Shown one piece after another: positions 34,846 through 42,259 of a stretch of DNA of 64,000 nucleotides. The translations under genes were made by a program, and so were the position numbers. Each line of letters begins with the position of its first letter. Position 1 is the stretch's first letter. The notes beneath the pieces are model-generated. The model had not been told where the DNA came from. It saw only the letters and a program-made list of their open reading frames with translations, and searched no databases. Source of the DNA: Acidimicrobiia bacterium (GTDB lineage: Bacteria; Actinomycetota; Acidimicrobiia; IMCC26256; BP-133); the NCBI GenBank assembly GCA_044867425.1, contig JBIOUX010000104.1:211-64210 (forward strand), written 5' to 3'.

Positions 34846-36272
34846 GCGAGAGCGCGGTTGCCCCCGACGACAACCGGTTCCGGGGGCCGTACGCGGATGG
34901 ACCGCCACCCGAGGCCCTGGCGGTGGATGCGCCGCCCCTGCGGGTTTTCGGCGTGGCCGAGGTGCGGAGGGCGCTCACCGTCGTGGCCGTCGTGGTGGCC
35001 CGAGTCGCCCGGGCGCTGGCGCGCTGGGCCGTCCACCGCCGGCGCCAGTCGTGGCCGGCGGCGGCATCCGCCGGGGTCGTCGACGCCTGCTGCGCCCTCG
35101 GGCCCATGTTCGTCAAGCTCGGCCAGCTCATGGCCTCGTCCCCCAGCGTCTTCCCCGCCCCGCTGGCCGACGCCGCCCTGCGCTGCATCCGGGAGGTGGG
35201 ACCCCTCGACCCGGCCACGGTCCGGGCCGTGGTCGAGCGCGATCTCGGCTCCCCGGTGAGCCAGATCTTCGCCCGCTTCGATGACCGACCGCTCTCGGCC
35301 GCCTCCGTCGCCCAGGTCCACGGGTGCGTGCTGCCCGACGGACGGCAGGCGGTGGTCAAGGTGCAGCGGCCGGAGATCCGCGCCACCGTGGCCTCCGACC
35401 TGCGCCTCCAGTGGAGGCTGGCGAGGCTCCTGCAACGGTGGTCGGGCTTCGCCCGGGACGCCAACCTGACCGGCGCCATCGAGGAGCTGCACACCGTCAC
35501 CTTCAACGAGTTGAACTTCACCCTCGAAGCCCACCGCCAGAGCCGCTTCCGCGACGCCATCGGCCACTTCGGCGACAACCTCAGCGTCACCGCCCCCGAG
35601 GTCTACTGGGAGTTCTGCGGCCCCAACGTGATCTGCATGGAGCGTCTCTTCGGCGTGCCGCTCGACGATTTCGCCGCCGTGCGGGCCCGCCACGGCGACG
35701 GCGAGCTCCAGATGCGCCGGGGCGTGAAGGTGTGGGTCGAAGCGTGCCTGGTGCACGGGCCGTTCCACGGCGACGTGCACGCCGGCAACATCTGGGTCCT
35801 CGACGACGGGCGGGTCGCCTTCCTCGACTTCGGGATCATGGGGGAGCTGAGCGACGACTGGAAGCAGGTCATGCGGGACCTCTTCGAGACCTCTGCCATC
35901 GACAACGACTTCACCCGCGTGGCCCGGGCCTACAAGCGGGTGGGGGCCTTCCCCGAGGACGCCGGCTCCGACGACGAGATCGGCGTCCGCCTCCAGATGC
36001 TCTTCGCGCCCATGTTCGACGCCGGCCTCGGTGAGGTGCCCATGGGCGCCCTGCTGGCGTCGATCATCCGCACCATGGGTTCCTACTCCGGCGGAGCGGG
36101 GACTCCGAAAGAGCTCCAGCTGATCGTCAAGCAGCTCCTCTACTTCGAGCGGTACTCGAAGGAGCTGGCTCCCGCCTGGCCGATGTTCCGGGATCTCTAC
36201 CTCGTCCGCAACGTCTTCCCCGACGCCGTCGCCGCCCGTGCCGCCCATCTCCAGATGGAACTCCCCGACTGA
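34833..36272 (+). CDS. ABC1/UbiB-family atypical kinase
   Basis: LGPMFVKLGQLMASSP, SAASVAQVH, AVVKVQRP, and FHGDVHAGNIWVLDDGRVAFLDFG. Confidence 0.9.
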   Translation: MGTVSESAVAPDDNRFRGPYADGPPPEALAVDAPPLRVFGVAEVRRALTVVAVVVARVARALARWAVHRRRQSWPAAASAGVVDACCALGPMFVKLGQLMASSPSVFPAPLADAALRCIREVGPLDPATVRAVVERDLGSPVSQIFARFDDRPLSAASVAQVHGCVLPDGRQAVVKVQRPEIRATVASDLRLQWRLARLLQRWSGFARDANLTGAIEELHTVTFNELNFTLEAHRQSRFRDAIGHFGDNLSVTAPEVYWEFCGPNVICMERLFGVPLDDFAAVRARHGDGELQMRRGVKVWVEACLVHGPFHGDVHAGNIWVLDDGRVAFLDFGIMGELSDDWKQVMRDLFETSAIDNDFTRVARAYKRVGAFPEDAGSDDEIGVRLQMLFAPMFDAGLGEVPMGALLASIIRTMGSYSGGAGTPKELQLIVKQLLYFERYSKELAPAWPMFRDLYLVRNVFPDAVAARAAHLQMELPD

Positions 36273-37303
36273 CGGTCAGAGGAGGGGCTGGACGGCGGGC
36301 TGCTTCCGGGCGTGGGGTCCGAGCCAGGGCACGAAGTCGCCGGGGTCAGTCGGTGACTCGGCGTGGATCGGGGAGCGGACCGTGGCCACCCACGTCGAAC
36401 ACATCTTGGCCAAACTCGATGCCCGGTCCCGTTCCCTGGCGGCCTCCCGGGCACCGGGCCCAGTCGCCCCGTCAGGACATGCCACGCCATCATCCGTTCG
36501 ATGGCGAGGCGCCGTCCACAGAGCCGCTCGTAGGCGCTCAAGACCTCCAGCGCCAGCTTCGTCGTTCGAGCGCTGCCCGGGAGGTAACGCAGGTCAAAGT
36601 GAGGGTCGGCGATCCCGCTCTCCTCGAAATCGACGACAGCCAGCAGCGTAAACGACGCCTGATCCCACACCTGGTTGTCACCGTGCAGGTCACCATGCAC
36701 GACGACCGAGGGGAGCCCAACCGGCCCACAGAGAACCTCATCGACCCACTCACACCACCGCAGCACCAAGGCGCGTCGACGTTCGTCCACAAGTCGGGGG
36801 AAGCGCTCCCGGAGGCGTTCGGTGTCTGCTTGAGGCGTAGGGAGGACCACCGGCAGATCACCGACCAGGTCGGCGGCTGGGATGTTGTGCAATCGCACCA
36901 GGAAGGCTGCGAGGCGTTGCCCGACCTGATCGATCCCGGAACGAGTCAGGCTGCTGGCCCACTCCCAGCTGAGCGGTGCTCCAGCCACCAACCGGGTCAC
37001 GACGAGTGCTGGCTCTGCGCTCACCGCGACGAGTTCGGGGATCGCCAGCGAGGGATCATGCGTACACAGCCGTTGCAGCAGCACGCCCTCCCGCCACAGG
37101 CGCATCGCCCGTAGCCGCGACCATGCGTACTTCACGACGAAGCATTCATCGATCACCGCGCTGGCCGACCACCACAGCTGGTTTGAGGACGGGTGCCGGG
37201 GTTTGATTCTGAGCGGCCGGGCGGCAAGTTCGGGAACAACGAGTGCCAGCGCCGACCGAAGCGACTCCTCACTCCCATCCCGAAGCCACCCGACGGACGG
37301 CAT
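36197..37303 (-). CDS. Aminoglycoside/choline-kinase-type phosphotransferase (APH family) with an aberrant C-terminal tail
   Basis: Brenner and activation motifs VVHGDLHGDNQVW and VVDFEESGIADPHFDL. The start was trimmed to MPSVGW (ATG 37303). The last 87 codons or so (36197-36460) are Pro/Ser/Arg-rich, overlap the LuxR fragment and the ABC1 3-prime end, and look non-homologous. Confidence 0.7.
   Translation of the reverse strand: MPSVGWLRDGSEESLRSALALVVPELAARPLRIKPRHPSSNQLWWSASAVIDECFVVKYAWSRLRAMRLWREGVLLQRLCTHDPSLAIPELVAVSAEPALVVTRLVAGAPLSWEWASSLTRSGIDQVGQRLAAFLVRLHNIPAADLVGDLPVVLPTPQADTERLRERFPRLVDERRRALVLRWCEWVDEVLCGPVGLPSVVVHGDLHGDNQVWDQASFTLLAVVDFEESGIADPHFDLRYLPGSARTTKLALEVLSAYERLCGRRLAIERMMAWHVLTGRLGPVPGRPPGNGTGHRVWPRCVRRGWPRSAPRSTPSHRLTPATSCPGSDPTPGSSPPSSPSSDRQSGSSIWRWAARAATASGKTLRTR
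36352..36444 (+). pseudogene. Orphan fragment of a LuxR-type HTH (C-terminal about 25 aa only)
   Basis: In the frame of track ORF 36238, GERTVATHVEHILAKLDARSRSLAA matches the recognition helix and C-terminus of LuxR/FixJ HTH domains. No receiver or upstream part is present. Confidence 0.4.
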
Positions 37304-37334
37304 CCGTCCAGCTTCGCGTTTCCGTGCAGGTCCG

Positions 37335-37562
37335 CTAGCCGGGAGGGGCGCCGAGCTCGCCCCGGACGCCCCGCAGGGTTCCGTAGGGCACTGTGGCCGC
37401 CGGTGGCTCCTTGCCGTCATCTCGTTCGACGACGCCTGACAGCACCGTGACGGTGGTCGTCGTCGGAGACCTGGTCCCGGACCCGGTTCGCTCGTCAACG
37501 TTGGCGGTGTCGCAGCCGGCGACGAGCAGACCGGCGAGGACCATCGTTGCTAGGAAGCGCAT
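37335..37562 (-). CDS. Small putative lipoprotein (75 aa)
   Basis: MRFLATMVLAGLLVAGC is a signal peptide plus lipobox. No clear Shine-Dalgarno. Confidence 0.4.
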   Translation of the reverse strand: MRFLATMVLAGLLVAGCDTANVDERTGSGTRSPTTTTVTVLSGVVERDDGKEPPAATVPYGTLRGVRGELGAPPG

Positions 37563-37649
37563 CGGGCCAAGACTCGTTCACCATCCTGAAGATCCAGCTA
37601 TGGCCCCCTGAAGATCCACCCAAGCTGCCGGCTCGGACCGTCCGCCGAT

Positions 37650-38429
37650 TTACGCGGTCCGCTTGCGGGCGAGGAAGGCGTAGCCGTACACGTCGAAGGC
37701 GCGGGCCTTGTCCTCGCCTTTGGCGCCTCCGAAGGTGTCGACGGGTGGTCCGATCTCCACGTCACCGAAGCCGGAGTCCTCGAGCATCTTCTGCCAGCCC
37801 GCACGGGGCAGCCCACCGGCGATTCAGCCGGTCCACAGGTCGATGTCGCGCAGCGCCTCGGGCGGGACGGGGCGGCCGTTGGCGATGTCGGCGAACTGCA
37901 GCACCCCGCCGGGACGCAGCACCCGGCGGATCTCGGCGAACACGGCCTGCTTGTCGGCGCAGAGGTTGATGACCCCGTTGGAGATCACCGCGTCGGCCCA
38001 CCCGTCCTCGACCGGGATCGCCTCGGCGAGGCCGTCGCGGAAGCTGACGTGCGCGAACCCGAGCTCCTCGGCGGTCCGGCGGGACTTGGTGAGCATCTCG
38101 GCGGTCATGTCGATGCCGACGACCTCGCCGGTGACGCCGACCTGGCCGGCGGCGATGAAGGAGTCGAAGCCGGCGCCGGAACCCACGTCGACCACCCGCT
38201 CGCCGGGCGCCAAGCGCCGCAGCGAGAAGGGATTGCCGACCCCGGCGAACGACTCGACGGCCTGGTCGGGGAAGGCGTCGACGACGGTCTGGTCGTAGCC
38301 GAGACGGCGGGCGAGGGGTCGGCCGGTGTGGAAGTGGTGCTCGGCGTGGGGAGCCAGCGCGACGTCGCGGTACTTGTCCCGCACCTGCTCGCGCAGCGTC
38401 AGGGGATCGACCAGCAGGTCCTCGGCCAT
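37650..38429 (-). CDS. ArsM-like SAM-dependent methyltransferase with an in-frame TGA at codon 202 (candidate selenocysteine), 259 aa if read through
   Basis: The track ends this frame at TGA 37826-37824 (...RDIDLWTG*). Reading on in the same frame gives IAGGLPRAGWQKMLEDSGFGDVEIGPPVDTFGGAKGEDKARAFDVYGYAFLARKRTA, ending at TAA 37652-37650, with third-position G+C of 50/57. The TGA falls where ArsM/AS3MT-type enzymes have the conserved Cys of (Y/W)xGC(I/V)xGA. SAM motif VVDVGSGAGFDS. Start ATG 38429. Confidence 0.7.
37793..37812 (-). promoter_or_regulatory. SECIS-like hairpin downstream of the in-frame UGA
   Basis: mRNA numbered from the U of UGA as +1. G18-C21 pairs with G27-C30, and C16-G32 and G15-C34 also pair. 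U17 is unpaired. The apical loop is C22-G23-U24-G25-C26. Confidence 0.5.
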
Positions 38430-38433
38430 CGGT

Positions 38434-39114
38434 TCAGCCTCCGTCCCCGGCTGCGACAGGCAGACCGGCTCGTTTCCATTCGGGGAACCCGTCCTCGAGG
38501 CGCCGGGCGCGGTAGCCGCGGCGGCGCAGCAACCGCACGGCGTCGTCGGCGTACACGCAGTAGGGGCCGCGGCAGTAGGCGACCACCTCGGCGTCCTTGG
38601 GCAGGGCCCGAAGGTGGCGGCGCAGCTCCCCGACAGGCACGGAGCGGGCTCCGGGGATGTGCCCGGCGAAGAACTCGGGTGTCGGCCGCACGTCGAGCAC
38701 CACCACGTCACCCGCCTCGAGGCGGGCGGCCAGCTCCCGGCGCCCGACGGCCTCCAACCGGGACCGGTCACCGAGATAGTCCTCGGCCAACCGCTCGATC
38801 CCTGCCACATGCTCGGCGGCCACGCCCCGCAACGCCGCCCACAGCTCGGCCACCCGATCGCTGGCCAGCATGTAGACGATCCGGGTTCCCTCCCGTCGGG
38901 TACGCAACACACCAGCGCGGGCCATGGCCCGCAAGTGGTGTGAGGTGTTGGCCACGCTCTGGTCGATCTCGCCGGCGATCTCGTCGACCGAGCGCTCCCC
39001 CTGGACGAGGAGGTCGACGATCTCGGCCCGCCGTCCGCTGGCCAGGGCCTTGGCCACCTCGGCGAAGGCGTCGAACAATGCGTCCTTGGCCGCCCGGTCA
39101 CCCATGGTGGCCAT
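38434..39114 (-). CDS. ArsR-family HTH regulator fused to a rhodanese domain
   Basis: HTH: ERSVDEIAGEIDQSVANTSHHLRAMARAGVL. Rhodanese: VVLDVRPTPEFFAGHIPGARSVP...AYCRGPYC. The start was trimmed to MATMGDR (ATG 39114). The stop lies 4 nt before the methyltransferase start. Confidence 0.8.
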   Translation of the reverse strand: MATMGDRAAKDALFDAFAEVAKALASGRRAEIVDLLVQGERSVDEIAGEIDQSVANTSHHLRAMARAGVLRTRREGTRIVYMLASDRVAELWAALRGVAAEHVAGIERLAEDYLGDRSRLEAVGRRELAARLEAGDVVVLDVRPTPEFFAGHIPGARSVPVGELRRHLRALPKDAEVVAYCRGPYCVYADDAVRLLRRRGYRARRLEDGFPEWKRAGLPVAAGDGG

Positions 39115-39127
39115 GGTCCGGCCCGAG

Positions 39128-39202
39128 CTTGACTTTGTCAAGTGTTCAAATGATCTCTTGACAAGAAGCGACCCAGAGATACTATTCAAGTCATTACTTG
39201 AA
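39128..39202. promoter_or_regulatory. Three related palindromes in the divergent intergenic region (putative ArsR-type operators)
   Basis: CTTGAC-TTT-GTCAAG (39128-39142), CTTG-A-CAAG (39157-39165) and TTCAAGT-CATT-ACTTGAA (39185-39202). All are built from CTTGA/TCAAG half-sites and lie in an AT-rich 104-bp gap. Confidence 0.5.
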
Positions 39203-39218
39203 GATCACGGGAGCAACG

Positions 39219-40574
39219 ATGGCCAGCCCGGCGGTGGTGGCGCTCGTCGACGAGGGTCTCGGCAACGCATCGTACCTGGTCGACCTGGGCGACGGGCGCG
39301 CCTTGGTGGTCGACCCGCCTCGCGACCCGACCCGTCACCTCGCTCTCGCCGCGAAGTGGGGGGTCACGATCAGCCACACCTTCGAGACGCACTTGCACGC
39401 CGACTTCGTGACCGGAAGTCGCGAGCTGGCCTCCTTCGGCGCCACCGTCCTCGCGCCCGCCTCGGCGGGGATCGAGTGGCCTCACCGGGGGCTCGGCGAC
39501 GGCGACGAGATCGACCTGGGCGGGCTGCGTCTACGGGCCCTCGCCACTCCCGGCCACACCCCCGAGCATCTCGCCTACCTGCTCTGCGACGGCGAACAAC
39601 CCGCCGCCCTGTTCTCAGGGGGGTCGCTGCTGGTCGGCGCGGTGGCCCGCACCGACCTCATCGCCCCCGATCAGACCGAGACCCTGGCCCGCGCCCTGTG
39701 GCGCTCCATCGTCGAACGGCTCCTCACGCTGCCCGACGACCTGGCCGTCTACCCCACTCACGGCGCCGGGTCGTTCTGCTCCGCACCGGCGGGCGGCGAA
39801 CGCACCACCACCATCGGACGGGAACGGGCCGCCAACCCGCTGTTGGCTGCGCCCGACGAGGGCACCTTCGTCACCGGCCTCCTCGCCGGCCTGGGGACCT
39901 ACCCGCCGTATTTCGCCGAGCTCCGGGAGGTGAACCGCCGCGGCCCCCGCGTCTACGGCACCTTCCCCACCCTCGCTCGCCTCGACGTCGCCACCACCCG
40001 GCGGTTCGCCGCCAACGGCGCCGTCCTTGTCGACGTCCGTCCCGTCGAGCGTTTCGCCGCCGGCCACATCCCTGGCTCACTGGCGATCCCGCTGCGACCG
40101 CAGTTCGCCTCGTGGCTGGGCTGGCTCGTGAGACGGGACCAACCGATCGTGTTCGTCGTTGACGACGACCAGGACCGGGTTGACCTCGTCCGCCAATGCC
40201 TCACCATCGGCTACGAGCACCTCGCCGGCGAGCTGGCGGACGGCGTCGCCGCCTGGACCGCCGAATGCCAACCCGCGGGCGTGATCCCTCTTGTCAGCCC
40301 GGCGGCGCTGGATCGCCGGCGGGTGCTCGACGTCCGCCAGACCGCCGAATACACCGCCGGCCACGTGCCCGGCGCCGTCCACCTCGAACTCGGCTCGCTC
40401 CGCGCCCGGCTCGCCGCCGTACCCGCCGGTCCGATCACCCTGATGTGCGGCCACGGGGAGCGGGCCATGACCGGCGCCAGCATCCTCGCCGCCGCCGGCC
40501 GCGACGACGTGTCCGTGATGGTCGGTGGTCCCGACGACTGGGCCCGCGTGACCGCAGCACCGCTCGCCTCATGA
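39219..40574 (+). CDS. MBL-fold persulfide-dioxygenase-like domain fused to two rhodanese domains (CstB/PDO-Rhod type)
   Basis: THLHADFVTGS (HxHxDH-type). C-terminal rhodanese repeats: VLVDVRPVERFAAGHIPGS and VLDVRQTAEYTAGHVPGAVH...MCGHGERA. ATG 39219 after GGGAG. Confidence 0.85.
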   Translation: MASPAVVALVDEGLGNASYLVDLGDGRALVVDPPRDPTRHLALAAKWGVTISHTFETHLHADFVTGSRELASFGATVLAPASAGIEWPHRGLGDGDEIDLGGLRLRALATPGHTPEHLAYLLCDGEQPAALFSGGSLLVGAVARTDLIAPDQTETLARALWRSIVERLLTLPDDLAVYPTHGAGSFCSAPAGGERTTTIGRERAANPLLAAPDEGTFVTGLLAGLGTYPPYFAELREVNRRGPRVYGTFPTLARLDVATTRRFAANGAVLVDVRPVERFAAGHIPGSLAIPLRPQFASWLGWLVRRDQPIVFVVDDDQDRVDLVRQCLTIGYEHLAGELADGVAAWTAECQPAGVIPLVSPAALDRRRVLDVRQTAEYTAGHVPGAVHLELGSLRARLAAVPAGPITLMCGHGERAMTGASILAAAGRDDVSVMVGGPDDWARVTAAPLAS

Positions 40575-41851
40575 CCACCACCAGCGAGCCGGTGACGGCG
40601 AAGACCGCACCCCGGTTGGGGCTCCGTCAGAACCTCGCCCAGTTCAGCCTCCTGGTGGGCATCAACGCCCTCGTCGGCGGCATGATCGGCCAGGAACGCA
40701 CCGTCCTGCCCCTGCTGGCCACCCGCACCTTCGGGCTGGCCGCCTTCACCGCCACGACGACGTTCATCGTCGCCTTCGGGGCCACCAAGGCGCTCACCAA
40801 CCTGGCCACCGGCGCCCTCACCGACCGCGTCGGCCGCAAACCCGTCCTCGTCGCCGGCTGGCTCATCGGCCTCCCCGTCCCCTTCCTCCTGATCTGGGCG
40901 CCGAGCTGGGGGTGGGTGATCGCCGCCAACGTCCTGCTGGGCGTCAACCAGGGCATGACCTGGTCCACCACCGTCATCATGAAGATCGACCTGGTCGGCC
41001 CCGCCCGCCGCGGCTTCGCCCTCGGCCTCAACGAAGCGTCCGGCTACGGCGCCGTGGCGCTCACCGCCCTGGCCACCGGCGCCATCGCCGCCCGCCACGG
41101 GCTGCGCCCCGAACCCTTCTACCTCGGCATCGCCTTCGCCGGGCTCGGCCTCGGCCTCTCCACCCTGTTCGTGCGCGAGACCCAAGGCCATGCCCGCCAC
41201 GAAGCCACCACCACCAGATCCCAAACCGACGCCGACGACCGGTTCGGGGTGGTGTTCGCCCGCGCCACCTGGCGAGACCCGACCCTCAGCGCCGTCAGCC
41301 AGGCCGGGCTCGTCAACAACGCCGTCGACGGCCTGGCCTGGGGCATCCTCCCGCTGCTGTTCGCCGCCGGTGGGCAGTCGGTGCAGGCCATCGGGGTGCT
41401 CGCCGCCCTCTATCCCGGGGTGTGGTGCGTCGGTCAGCTGTTCACCGGTGCGTGGTCGGATCGGGTGGGCCGCAAGCCGCTCATCACCGCCGGCATGATC
41501 CTCCAAGGCGTCGCCCTCGCCCTCATGGCCACCACCACCGGCTTCGGGCCGTGGGCGGCAGGCGCCGTGCTCATCGGCGTCGGTACCGCCCTCGTCTACC
41601 CGACCCTGATCGCCGCCGTCGGCGACCGGGCCCACCCCAGCTGGCGGGCCACCGCCGTCGGTGTCTACCGGCTGTGGCGCGACACCGGCTACGTCGCCGG
41701 CGCCCTCCTCGGCGGCATCGTCGCCGACGCCTTCGACCTGCGGGCCGCCGTCTGGGTCGTCGCCGCCCTCAGCATCGCCTCGGGACTCGTCGTCGCCACC
41801 CGCATGACCGAAACCCACACGACCAGCGCGTCAGCCATGCTTCCGGCATGA
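40571..41851 (+). CDS. MFS transporter
   Basis: Track ORF 40196..41851, trimmed to MTTTSEP (ATGA overlap at 40571). TDRVGRKPVL and SDRVGRKPLI are MFS loop motifs. 12-TM profile. Confidence 0.85.
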   Translation: MTTTSEPVTAKTAPRLGLRQNLAQFSLLVGINALVGGMIGQERTVLPLLATRTFGLAAFTATTTFIVAFGATKALTNLATGALTDRVGRKPVLVAGWLIGLPVPFLLIWAPSWGWVIAANVLLGVNQGMTWSTTVIMKIDLVGPARRGFALGLNEASGYGAVALTALATGAIAARHGLRPEPFYLGIAFAGLGLGLSTLFVRETQGHARHEATTTRSQTDADDRFGVVFARATWRDPTLSAVSQAGLVNNAVDGLAWGILPLLFAAGGQSVQAIGVLAALYPGVWCVGQLFTGAWSDRVGRKPLITAGMILQGVALALMATTTGFGPWAAGAVLIGVGTALVYPTLIAAVGDRAHPSWRATAVGVYRLWRDTGYVAGALLGGIVADAFDLRAAVWVVAALSIASGLVVATRMTETHTTSASAMLPA

Positions 41852-42222
41852 CCACCTTCGGCCTTGTCCTCGACTGCGCAGATCCCGAGACCCTCGCTGA
41901 CTTCTGGGCCGCCGCCCTCGGTTACGTGACCCTCGGCGCCGCGGGCAGGTACATGCTCCTCGTCGCCGGCGACGGCAACCAACCCAAGCTGTTGTTACAA
42001 CGGGTGCCCGAGCCCAAGGCGGTCAAGAACCGGATGCACCTCGACATCGTGACCCCCGACATCCACGGCGAAGCCGCCCGCCTCGAAGCCCTCGGTGCCC
42101 GACGGGTGGCGTCCGAAGCGATGAGCGAGCACGGCAGCACGTGGGTGCTCATGGAAGACCCGGAAGGCAACGAGTTCTGCGTCTGCGACGGGGGTGCCGG
42201 CGGGCACAAGACCTCGGCCTGA
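41848..42222 (+). CDS. VOC/glyoxalase-like domain protein
   Basis: MTTFGLVLDCADPETLADFWAAALGY...RMHLDI...DPEGNEFCV. ATGA overlap at 41848. Confidence 0.75.
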   Translation: MTTFGLVLDCADPETLADFWAAALGYVTLGAAGRYMLLVAGDGNQPKLLLQRVPEPKAVKNRMHLDIVTPDIHGEAARLEALGARRVASEAMSEHGSTWVLMEDPEGNEFCVCDGGAGGHKTSA

Positions 42223-42259
42223 CGACGGAAATAAGCCTCGAGGCTGGCCCGGGCGCCCG

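Noticed and set aside
37598-37816. 72-aa minus-strand track ORF downstream of the methyltransferase TGA as an independent gene
   Set aside because: It is out of frame with the read-through continuation. The zero frame gives a methyltransferase-like C-terminus with much stronger codon bias.
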